Shown here in pieces: positions 50,419-61,926 of a stretch of DNA of 64,000 nucleotides. A program made the position numbers and the translations under genes. The stretch is from Mobula birostris (taxonomy: Eukaryota): contig NC_092377.1 of NCBI RefSeq assembly GCF_030028105.1, positions 145,306,104-145,370,103 on the forward strand. The letters run 5' to 3'. The notes below the pieces were generated by a model, which saw only the letters and a program-made list of their open reading frames with translations, did not search any database and had not been told where the DNA came from. Numbering within the stretch: position 1 is the stretch's first letter; each line of letters starts with the position of its first letter.

Positions 50419-51299
50419 GTACCTCTTCCAATAGCTGCTCCCGGGCCTACTGCGTTCCACCAGCCCTTTGTGTGTGCTGTTAATAAAATGACATATTTAT
50501 TTTACTGCTCTTTTCTCGGATGAACCGTGTCTCGGTCACTCATTCATTGTTGAAAATTCGTTTGTATTTGGACATGATTATATCATCGAACACATAAGTC
50601 ACAGGAACAGACCGTAACTCCCACGACGTCTGCACCAAGATTACACTTGGATCTCGTTAACGCCATACAAATTGAATGCAATACAAATTAATTTTCATGA
50701 TTCCATGCATACACATAATTCTTTCCAATTGAATGTTAAGCATATCTAATTCATCGTTGTTAAAACACAGCTTGTGGCAGCATGTTGTAGCCACCTTCTA
50801 ACGTCTGTGCAAATTAGTATTGTACTGATATGTTTGCCTCATTAAACTAAGTTAAACTTTCTTTCTCTCGTTTTACTCTAGCTCTGTAGTGTTTGGAATT
50901 TCCCTTTGAACACCTACTCTTCCCAAGTTTCTCAATATGTTCATCTAGGTCACCCTTCAGCCTCCTATGCTTCAATGATACAATTTATCGTTGTACAGAT
51001 TTTCACTGGAAGTAGTGCTGTAGAACATCCTTGTGAAAGTTTTTTTTTCACTCTCTTTAATGCTTCCATATCCGTTTTGAGAAGAAGCAACCAGAAACGA
51101 AAGTGGTACTCCAATTGTAGACTACTCAAAGTTTTATACAGCTACCGGACTACTTCCAATAATTATGCACGTTGCCCCTGTGATAAAGGAACTCATGTTG
51201 TATTCCTTGGTTACCACACTGCTCATGTGTCGTTACAGATCCACTTGTATTGGACTGTATGCCCAAGAAATAAAGCACAGAGCGCAATTTTTAAAACAA

Positions 51300-51600
51300 T
51301 GGACGCAGCGTTAGCGTACTGGTTAGCGCGGCATGATTAAAGTTCGGTTCGGAGTTTAATCGCGACATGTTCTGGAAGAAATCTCCGTGCATCCTTCCCG
51401 TAGAATATGTGTGTTTTCTCGGGGTCCCCGCTTTTATCCCAAATTCCAAAGGCATATCAGACAGGTTAATTGGTCATTGCAATTTGTTCCCTGATCTGGT
51501 TAAGATAAATTCGGAGCTGTTCTGGTTTACTGGTGGTGCCGCTGGAAGAGTCGGGGCGAGGGAGTTATTCCGAGCTGCATCTCGAAGCAAAATAAATGAT
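51300..51600 (+). mobile_element. HE1/V-SINE-like SINE
   Basis: tRNA-like head remnants plus the aggttaattggtcattgcaatttgttccctgat core. Confidence 0.65.
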
Positions 51601-52559
51601 TAACTAGTACTGGAATGAAATTCTGAGTTGAATTGCTCTTCACGAAAGTGAATTGCTGACATATTCCCTCAAAGGTGAACGTAAGGGGCTGTTTGGAAAC
51701 ATATACCGCTTGCTGTTATAAAATATCGTGTATACACTTTAAGGAAATACACCGAAGTTACTCTTGCTTGAGGTATACATACTGTTTTTTGAGCAGTATT
51801 TATATTTTAGACCGTAACAACAATAAATAACAGGGCGACTTCAGGTGAAAAGAAGTCTAAAATATGCAGAACTCTTTGTCGATGCATATGGACAATAATA
51901 CCTAAAAATCATTGTCAATGACGGAAATAATGCTAATTTAAATTAATTACAATTTGCTACATGGTTTATTCCCTCTTTTCATATTGCAGTCTAAAGGCTT
52001 TTTCAAAAATTTCTATACTACCTGCATCCAGTGTCTCCAACAACACCACCTTCACAACTACCAGCACCTTGAGGTTATGCCCTGAAAATCGATACTTTCT
52101 CCCCATACCCCTCCTGATTATATCAAAATTACTTCATTGCTAGTATGTGGATTATACAGTACGTACAACATTTGATTGTAGTAGGTACTGAGCAAAAAAA
52201 AAAGGCCACAGGACAATACCATAAGAGCAAAAAAAAAATGTAGAAGACAATAGTACGAACATCCATAAGTAACCAATATTAGCAGATAGTCACATGCGCA
52301 AACATCACCAGCTAATCTTAAATAAATTTGAACATATGAACAGACTCAATAATTATCAATAGAACTCGGAGAGCATCAAAGACAATTTAACCGATGCCGT
52401 GCTGGTACACTGAGGGTATTACACTTAAATGAGTTGAGTTGAGAAGCTGGGTAGCTGCAGGAAGGACGTTTTGGAGAAGATGTTTAGTCTGGTTGTGAAT
52501 GACATATAGCGTCTCTCAAATCGCAATTTGGTGACTATCTCACCGCTGGGGCAGTTGGA

Positions 52560-53140
52560 GTCGGCAGTAATTTTTTTCATCTCTTTTCTTCGCTCAGGTG
52601 AAGAAAATTTATTTTTTGTCTGTGGCAGAGAACCAAGAAATCTATCAGCCGAGCGTACCACTCGCTGGAAGCTGAAACTGGAGAGTGAGGACGTGGCGGA
52701 AAGCAAGCGGTGATAGAGGTGGTTACAGCCCTCTAAATGATGGATGAGACCCAGTACCTTGACTTTTCAATCCATCTTGCCTGGCGGTTAAACCGTCTGA
52801 ACATCGGTATGTTCCTTGTTCTAAGGCCTGTGCTCCCTCGAATCGATACGCTCTGAGCCTGGACGGGCCACCAGATTTCGGCCTGTACCCGATCTTTCCA
52901 AGTCAACCTCGTGCTTCGACCGACCAAAACTCGACTTAGATGGATAGACCACGAATATGTCTCTCCTCCGACATGGCTTTCGTCTGCAACGCTCGCCCGA
53001 CCTTGTCTCGAATATGCCTCGACCTGGCACCAACTTTTTCGACGCTTCGACCCTCGATTCAGCATCGAACCAGTTGCTTTCGAAGTCGGTAAATATTGTC
53101 TATTAGCTTCTCCCTGCTCCTTGGGTTCAACCAGCGGTTA
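52560..53140 (+). mobile_element. Probable solo LTR of another family
   Basis: CpG-rich block ending ctccttgggttcaaccagcggttACA; left end uncertain. Confidence 0.4.
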
Positions 53141-53159
53141 CAATTTCCCATATCGAAGG

Positions 53160-54631
53160 TGTCACCAGATTCGGACACGACCCAGGTGCGGGTGAGAGAC
53201 ACTGACGCCGCTCGATAGTCCAGACTTTAATTGAACAGCAATACAGGGAAATAAAACTATAAACGCTAGGACAAACAGGGTCGTTGACCAAAACTCTCAA
53301 ATGGAAAACGAAGTTTACTCTGCGGCTGAAAAGAACAACTAAGAATTAAACGACTATATCTAGTCTTCATCTTCAATTGACTCAACAACCCAATTTATCA
53401 GGCAAGTCGGAATGCGAAGTGTTGCTGTGTCATGTCCAAATCTCGAAAAGCACAACGACTACTATTTTGGAGTTAAATAATATCAAGATTAAATAATAAT
53501 TTGCTGGCACTTGCAAATTCACAAGTACGATTGTCGTATCTACTGCGCTGAAGGATCCGCGGCTGTGCCCGGGCGCCGCTCTGTTGGCGCAGCCCCTGAG
53601 GCGTCACATATCTGTGTCCGCTGGAAGTCCCGGATCAGCGTCTTGTCAAACATGTCCTTCGCTGGATCCACGTTCGTCTTTCCGGGCCTTACTGTTCCCA
53701 GTCCACATGGTTCTGGACCTTACCACGTACCCGGCGAGATGCCAGGAGGCACCGCGCAGTATGCACACGGGATCCATCTACCAGGCGAAGAGGAGGGGAA
53801 GCTGGGAAGACTGAGGCCAGGGGAGAGGTAGTAACCGGCTTGAGCTGAGAAACATGGAATACTGAGGGAATCCTCAGTGATGCTGGTAATTGCAATCTAT
53901 AGGAGACCTTGTTAAAAGCCTTTCCCACTACAAACTGCCCTACGTAGAGCGGTGCCAATTTCTGGTTCTCGACTTTGAGAGGAAGAACCCTTGATGCCAA
54001 CCAGACCTCCTCTTTTGGCTTGAATGGCCTTACCTATCGACGGTGCCGATCAACCCGCCAGGAGTGTTGTTTTTTGGGCACGCCGCAGAGAACCCCTGTC
54101 TCGTCTCAAGTTGCGCTTGCAGCCCTAGATCAAATGTTCAACAGCAGGAACTCCAACGTCGATCTTTTGAACAGGGAAGAGGGGGTGCTGGAACTCCTTT
54201 TGGCTTTCAAAGGAAGACATGCCAGTGGAGGACGACTGGAGGCTGTTGTGAGCGATCTCTGCCCAAACCAATTGGGAGTCCAAGACGTGGGGCTGGAAGA
54301 GACAGGACTGCGCAGGGATATTTCCAACTTCTGGCTCCCTCTGTCACTCTGGCCATCTGATTGCGATGGAAGCCAGACGAGAGACTCGAAGCGGCTCCAG
54401 CAAGAGAGCAGAAAGTCTTCCAAAAGCGGGAAATGAGTTGTGGTCCTGCATCAGGCACGACGGAATGCAGGAAGCGAAGTCGTGCTGTGTCTATGTCCAA
54501 GTCTCGACAAGCACTACGACGACATGTATGGACTGAAATGCTATCAAGATTAAATAATAATTAGCTGACATGTGCAAAATCACAAACGCAATAACCGTAT
54601 CTACAGCGCTGCCAAATCCGTCGTTTTGACG
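53160..54631 (-). mobile_element. Internally deleted gypsy chromovirus (Sushi-like): 5' LTR stub, integrase core/GPY-F/chromodomain, 3' LTR
   Basis: PDAGPQLISRFWKTFC, QSDGQSDR, KLAPLYVGQF...FHVSQLKP, LLASRRVRGKVQNHVDWE; direct repeat ~54483-54631 vs ~53424-53570; flanks GAAGG/GAAGA. Confidence 0.88.
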
Positions 54632-54711
54632 GAAGATGGTACCTGCCAAGATGAACTGAAGGAAACCTGATGTTAATCCTTTTCGATTGAAACAAAAAAA
54701 AAAGAAAAATC

Positions 54712-54825
54712 GGCAGATGCTGGAAATCCAAACAACATACCCAAAATGCAGGTGGATCTCAGCAGGCCAGGCAGCATTTGTGGAAAAGTACAGCCTATCT
54801 TTCCGGACGAGCCAGGCTTTCATAA
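54712..54825 (-). mobile_element. Degraded Penelope pLTR copy
   Basis: Minus strand atgctgcctggcctgctgag...ggatttccagcatctgc; hammerhead core eroded. Confidence 0.6.
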
Positions 54826-55111
54826 ACAGAAACGATGGAGGCACTTTATGTTGAGGAAAAAAGTAATAATTCAGCTATTGTATTCGAACCACAGCACCAA
54901 AAGACAGTAAAATTACTTCACGTAATTACGTAATTACGTCATAATATCTTCTTAAAATAACTTGATGTCTGTGGTTGCCAATCATGTGGGTTTCTACCAA
55001 TTACACTACCGGACCCAGCTCTATACCTTCCCCACCCCCGACCTTACCCCCGCCACCCCAATTACGGGCCTGTCGGGAGCTCGGTCGAGCTGCCCGGCTC
55101 AGGTCCCATTT

Positions 55112-57108
55112 TAGAACATAGAACATAGAATAGTACAGCAGAATGCAGGCCCTTCGGCCCACAATGTTGTGCCGACCTTCAAACCCTGCCTGACATATAA
55201 GCCCCCACCTTAGATCCCTCTATATACCTGTCTAGTAGTCTCTTAAACTTCACTAGTGTATCTGCCTCCACCAATGACTCAGGCAGTGCATTCCACGCAC
55301 CAACCACTCTCTGAGTAAAAAAGCCTTCCTCTAATATCCCCCTTGAACTTCCCACCCCTTACTTTAAAGCCATGTCCTATTGTATCGAACAGTGGTGCCC
55401 TGGGGAAGAGGCGTTGGTTATCCACTCTATCTATTCCTCTTATTATCTTGTACACCTCTATCATGTCTCCTCTCATCCTCCTTCTCTCCAAAGAGTAAAG
55501 CCCCAGCTCCCTTAATCTCCGATCATAATGCATACTTTCTAAACCAGGTAGCATCCTGGTAAATCTCCTCTGTACCCTTTCCAATGCTTGCACATCCTCC
55601 CTATAGTGAGGTGACCAGAACTGGACACCGTACTCCAAGTGTGGCCTGACCAGAGTTTTATAGATCTGCACCATTATATCGCGGCTCTTAAACACTATCC
55701 CTCGACTAATGAAAGCTAACACCCCATAAGCTTTCTTAACTACCCTATCCACCTGTGAGGCAACTTTCAGGGATCTATGGACATGTACCCCGAAATCCCT
55801 CTGCTCCTCCACACTACCAAGTATCCTGCCATTTACTTTGTACTCTGCCTTGTAGTTTGTCCTACCAAAGTGTACCACCTCACACTTCTCCGGGTTGAAC
55901 TCCATCTGCCACTTCTCAGCCCACTTTTGCATCTTATCAATGTCTCTCTGCAATTTTTGACAATCCTCTACACAATCTACAACATCACCAACCTTTGTGT
56001 CGTCTGAAAACTTGCCAACCCTCCCCCTCTTCTACCCCCACATCCAGGTCGTTAATAAAAATCACGAGAAATAGAGGTCCCAGAACTGATTCTTGTGGGA
56101 CACCACTGGTCACAATCTTCCAATCTGAATGTACTCCCTCCACCACCACCCCCTGACTTCTGCAGGCAAGCCAATTCTGAATCCACCTGGACAAACTTCC
56201 CTGTATCCCATGTCTTCTAACTTTCTGAATAAGCCTACCGTGTGGAACCTTGTCAAATGCCTTTCTAAAATCCATATAGATCACATCCACTGCACTGCCC
56301 TCATCTATAAGCCTGGTCACCTCCTCAAAGTACTCTCTCAGGCTTGTTAGGCACGATCTGCCCTTCACAAAGCCATGCTGACTGTCCCTGATCAGACTAT
56401 GATTCTCTAAATGCCTATAAATACTATTCGCCTCCCCGCAATCCTCCGGCACTATTCCCGTTGTCAACGAGGACATAAAGATCCTAGCCAGAGGCTCAGC
56501 AATCTCTTTTCTCGCCTCGTGGAGCAGCCTGGAGAATATTTCGTCAGGTCCCTGGAACTTATCTGTCCTAATGTATTTTAACAACTCCAACACCTCCTCT
56601 CCCTTAATATCAACATTCTCCAGAACATCAACCTCACTCATATTGTCCTCACCATTATCAAATTCCCTCTCATTGGTGAATACCGAAGAGAAGTATTCAT
56701 TGAGGACCTCGCTCACTTCCACAACCTCTAGGCACATCTTCCCACCTTTATCTCTAATCGGTCCTATTTTCACTCCTTTCATCCTTTTTTTCTTGACATA
56801 ATTGAAGAATGCCTTGGGGTTTTCCTTTACCCTACTCGCAAAGGCCTTCCCATGCGCCCTTCTTGCTCTTCTCAGCCCCTTCTTAAGCTCTTTTCTTGCT
56901 TCCCTATATTCATCAATAGACCAATCTGATCCTTGCATCCTAAACCTCATGTATGCTGCCTTCTTCCACCTGCCTAGATTTTCCACTTTACTTGTCACCC
57001 ATGGTTCCTTCACTCTACCATTCTTTATCTTCCTCACCGAGACAAATTTATCCCTTACATCCCGCAAGAGATCTCTAAACATCCACCACATGTCCATAGT
57101 ACATTTCC
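55112..57108 (-). mobile_element. Young 5'-truncated CR1 LINE (ORF2 RT)
   Basis: 370-aa and 224-aa frames joined by a frameshift near FADD; in-frame deletion near 56425; (tagaaca)n tail. Confidence 0.95.
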
Positions 57109-57334
57109 ATGTGTTGACTGCGTATAGCTAAAGGGTTTTGTTAAAAGTAGATTTTATAGTGGTGTAAAGATGATTCGTACGGTGAAGTTTCCATACAAAG
57201 TTTAACTAGTATCTACAGTTGTAATGCATTTCACGGGAAGTGGGAAGATATGTGACAGGATAGTAGCCGTGTCGTCACAGAAACAATCGTTTCAACCATT
57301 CCTTCACCACAGTAAAATTTACAATGGTCAATAA

Positions 57335-57510
57335 ACAAAGCAACCAGTACGTCTTTGGATTGTTGGAGCAAAGTGGATCACCCGGAGCAGATCGATGCAC
57401 TCCACGGGGAGGACGTAAAGACTCCTGAAGGATTTAGTCGGAAATCCAACCTGAACTCCAGTGTCCGTGCTGTAATAGCGACGCGCTTTCTGCGACTGTA
57501 GCCTGGCACC
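57335..57510 (-). mobile_element. SINE
   Basis: ccagtacgtctttgga...cacccggag...acggggaggacgta, the reverse of the SINE core seen elsewhere. Confidence 0.6.
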
Positions 57511-58259
57511 GCATTTCCTGATTACGATTGATTCTTTTCTGTAGTTATCATTTTTTTTTTCCTTTTCTTTGTCATATGAGCTTCATCTTCTTAGTGTCGG
57601 CCCTGTAGTCTAGCTATTATGAGTGAGGTATAGAATGACATGCAACCCATGCATACGAATGAGATTAGTACAGATAACGATGCTGCCGGGGTAATTGTTT
57701 TTGATCAAAAATGACCTGGGTCAATCCTGCACACATTCACACCATGTAAATAAAAACGTTCTGCACAGGAAACTTCGGAAAATGCACTATAATGCTGGAT
57801 ACGTCTCAAGTTTTTTAAATCATTTTGTCAGAATACCATGAAGACCCATTCCTCTCAACTTGAAATAATACCATGATGTTCTTGATGTTCATATGAACGA
57901 GCAGAGATGATATTTGCTCAAGTGTCAGAAACATTTGAAGCATGACGCGTATTCAGTTTTACGACACTTATGTCACTGCTTCGCTGGACGTTCCAAATTA
58001 GGCATCATGGTGAGGTCATTTTTGTGAGCCATGCTGCTCTACTTAATACGGTTATACTTCGCCAAACGTTCTTCAAGCGTCTTCCTAAGAAACCTCTCCA
58101 ATACCTTTATTTTTCAGAAGCCCAGTTGAGTTTCGAAAAGGCGACAAAACAAATAAATGAAAATGGGCCAACGTTTGTAGTAGATGTGTATTTCAGAAAG
58201 TGAATTTACAAGTTTCAGTGTAGTTTAGTTTCCAACTAAGTGTTAAGTATGTCCATAAC

Positions 58260-58800
58260 GGATTCCGGTCAAAGTATGTTGACAAGCCGACCAGGGGAAA
58301 TGCCATACTAGATCTAGCTTTAGATAACTAACAGGATTAGGTCACAGATCTCTTAGTGGGTAAGTATCTGGGGGAGAGTCGCCACCGTTCCCTGGCCTTT
58401 AACATTATCATGGAGAAGGATATAATCAGAGAGGACAGGACAATTTTTAATTGGGGAAGGGCAAATTATAAGGCTATAAGTCTAGAACTTGCGGGTGTGA
58501 ATTGGGATGAAGTTTTTACAGGGAAATGTACTATGGACATGTGGTCGATGTTTAGGGTTAACTTGCAGGATATTAGAGATAAACCGGTCCCAGTGAGTAA
58601 GATAAAGAATGGTAGGGTGAAGGAATGCACTGCCTGAGTCAGTGGTGGGGCAGGTACACTAGTGAAATTTAAGAGACTACTGGACAGGTGTATGGAGGAA
58701 TTGAATGTGGAGGGTTATATGGCAGGCAGGGTTAAAGGGTCGGCAGAACACTGTGGGCCTAACGGCCTGCAGTGTGCTGTACTGTTTTATGTTCTATGTT
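58260..58800 (+). mobile_element. CR1 with a ~1.7 kb internal deletion (endonuclease end joined to 3' end)
   Basis: Matches the reverse complement of 57108-57005, then jumps to that of 55294-55112 at GGAA (58622-58625). Confidence 0.88.
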
Positions 58801-58999
58801 CCAAATGCTATACCCAAAATACACTTCACATGTCAAGTTTTGATTTCTCAAAATTATCAGGATTGTCTGCAGAAGACATGATATCATAACATGGAAAACG
58901 CTGTAGCTAAGAGCCCTTGAGTATTACATATTCCTGCCACTTCATCTGCCAGTACCTCTCAGGAAACTTTCAATCTCCTTCTCAAAAGAACAAAAAAAG

Positions 59000-60595
59000 A
59001 CTGACCCTCACGCCGCCATTAAGCTTTGGCCTCTCAGCTGAAATATGTACCTTTCTTGACCATGATTCCTAGTCTGTTCACTACCTATGGCTATCGTAAT
59101 TTTATACATTTATCAGGGGTCACTTCTGGTCTACATATTGCCAACCAATTTTGTTCATCCCTACTGAAAGCACATACTCTTCCACCCAGTCTGCTTCCAT
59201 GGAAGTCTGTACTGTAGCTTTCACGTATTTGTTACAATGGAATGAACAAAAAATGCAAGTTAATCCAAACCATTGTTTTGCACATCTGCATCCTATTTTA
59301 TTCTTAGCCTTACTGCCCTGCCTATTGAAGGCAAGCACGGTTCAGAGATTCTCGCTCAAATCATACTTTATTTACAAAATTCCCTAGCACATGAGTAAGA
59401 CCAAAAATGATGTTTCATCCACGTTCTTATTCTTTGAGAATAACCAGGAAACAAGATTTTTTTTTTACCTCGTGGCACATTCCACCTTCAAGATTATATT
59501 CTCGATCAAGTAGATATATGATTCTATGCTCTCCCTAGTTATCCACTTGCCCTCCTACTTCAATGCAAGTCTAATATCCAGAATGTTTTCTGATTTACTA
59601 TTTCCAACTAAATTGCAGGTTTTATTATCGCCTGTTGGATATACTTCTTCTGGTCCTTTATGATTTTACTTCTTTCCTAAGTGTTGTGGCAGTATGCCCC
59701 CGCTTTCCTTGCTTGTTTAACTCAATGGAACACGTCTTTCGCCATTCAAGCATCTCATGCATTGCATTCAAGTCTTTGCTCTTTACTGAAGTTCTAATCA
59801 GCTGCCCTTCAGTCAACACTCACATTTTATAAGTGGACTTATCCGATGACAGTAATACACAATTAATTTTAATTAACTTCCACTATTTTTATCTAATAAT
59901 GGACTGGTCACAAAATGAAAACGTTTGACAGTGTCCATGATATTCGTTGGGGGCTGGGTGTGGGCACGTCTCTAATTCGTGCTGCCACAATTCAGTTGAA
60001 TGACATCTCTAATGACGAAATTAATAAAAGTATTCGCACTTTACTGCAACTAAGTAATAAAGGGCAAGACTGGCTATAACTTTACCCTTAGACATTTTCT
60101 TTCGCTGATAGGATCATAGAGCATAGAACACGGAACATAGATCTTAGAACTCGACTGGACATTACAGACCGTTGGGTCAACATTGTTGTGCCGACCATGT
60201 AACCTATTCTAAAACCTGCTGAAAACTTCCCTAGCGCATTGCCCTCTATTTCCTAAGCTCCTTGTACTTATCTAAGAGCCTCTTAAAAGAACATACTTTG
60301 ACGGATTCCACCACCACCGCCGGCAGTGCATTCTACCCAAGCACCACTATCTGTTTGAAAAAAATATCAATCACATCCTCTCGGTACACATTTCCAGGAC
60401 CCTTAAAACTATGCCACCTCGTGTTAGCCACTTCAGCCCTGGGGAAAGGTCTCTGCCTATCGACACGATCAATGTCTCTCTTCATCTTATACACCACTAC
60501 CAGGTCACCTCTCATCCTCCGTCGCACCAAGGATAAAAGACCAGGTACACTCAACCTATTCTCATAAGGTACGCTCTCCAAACCTTGCAACATGC
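59000..60595 (-). mobile_element. CR1 fragments: decayed 59000-59900; 3' end 60110-60595
   Basis: GLESVPYENRL...RRRMRGDLVVVYK; catagaac-type tail. Confidence 0.7.
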
Positions 60596-60759
60596 CGGTT
60601 TCTGTTGGCAAATGAAATACGTGATCGATTTTATATACCAGGACTCAAAACGTAAATCGTCATTTTAAGTCTTTCTTATGAATCTTCACATGGAACACCT
60701 GCATCATCCGAATAGTCGCATTTGTGTTTTCCCAGCTGATGTGCCTGGCACTGTCAAAG

Positions 60760-61926
60760 GCTTAAGCGAGATCGGACTTGAGCGAGTTAAGTGCCTGCTA
60801 ACTGTCTTCTTCTTCTTTACTTTTCATTCCCTGTCTATTACGGCACAGTTAGTGCAGTGTGAATAGCTGCATGGATTGTGCTGATTTTGTGTGTGCTATA
60901 TGGGAATTCTGGAATACCCACAGTATCATAAACACATTTGCAACAAGAAGCAAATTAATACCCTTCGGCTACAGGGAAATCTGAGTAAGAATAGATAGGA
61001 GCTACAGGGAATAGCCTCCCTTAAGTTGCAAGAAGCAGGTCACTGTCAGAAGAAGGAAGGAATTCGGGCAGCCAGTGCAGAGTAACACTGTATCTGTTTT
61101 TTTCAATAATAGCTGAATCACCTTGGATACGTTTACGGGGGAATCACCTACCCGGGGAGCTGTACCGACCAGGTCTCTGGCATGGAGTCTGCTGCTCTGA
61201 CTCCGAAGAGAAGTGAAGAGGACTGCAGTAGTGATAGATGATTACATTGTCAGGTGAATAAAAACAAGATTCTATGGACGCAAATAGAACACGGATGGGA
61301 AGTTACTTCCTTGTGCTACAATCAGGTATATCCCGGATCAGGTCCACGGTTATTGTTAAATGAGAAAGTGAGCAGCCAGAATGTTTGGTACGTAATGCAT
61401 CAACCGTATACGTAGGAAAGGTAAGGGTGACCTTAAGCGATATTGTAGGCTGCTAGGTGGAACCTTGGCAGTAATCTCGAAATGGCTGATTAGCCACGCA
61501 CCCCTTGAGTGACCTTACATATGATTGCGTGACTGATAAACTAGTGCAGGTATCAGGGCTTCAGAATTACTGTTTTATTGTGATCTCCTCTAGGGAAGCT
61601 ACGATCTGTAGAAAAGGGAGTTTTTAAACCTGAACAGTAGGGGTACAATGACGTTGCGGGCAGGTTTGATAAAAAAAAAAACAGCTCAGGAGGGTTTTAA
61701 TTCATTTGGTAGCCGGATAGAAACCGGAGTGCTGGGGCTGAAAATGGGTAGTTGGTTTACAAACAGAGCAATGCCTAGTTAGACGGCAAGCAAGAAGAGG
61801 CTGACAATAGGTCAAAAATGGAAGTGAACAGAATATGTTGCAATATGCATGGAGAAAAATCCAAAAAGGTGACGGGTTAAAACTGTGTTATATTTCAATG
61901 CACACAGCATGCGAAATGAGGTAGAT
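60760..61926 (+). mobile_element. Decayed CR1 5' part (ORF1 to start of endonuclease), interrupted by the hAT
   Basis: gcagtagtgatagatgattacattgtcagg (esterase), gagcagccagaa, YFNAHS at ~61890. Confidence 0.7.

Larger units (their letters stand above)
46155..50480 (+). mobile_element. Penelope-like element (Neptune-type): RT C-terminus, Cys-rich linker, GIY-YIG endonuclease, 3' pLTR; interrupted twice by solo LTRs
   Basis: SSHPVFYKNAIPFSQFLRLCRICS; CKRNKCNTC; FTCESAGVIYYVRCSRCCLLYIGKTRRRL...EH...VATHFN...EQHLIFRLGSL; pyrimidine-rich 3' UTR continues across 48351-50190 into the hammerhead repeat. Confidence 0.92.

Noticed and set aside
55279-57097. Active or domesticated reverse transcriptase gene
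   Set aside because: 5'-truncated, internally deleted and frameshifted next to the catalytic motif
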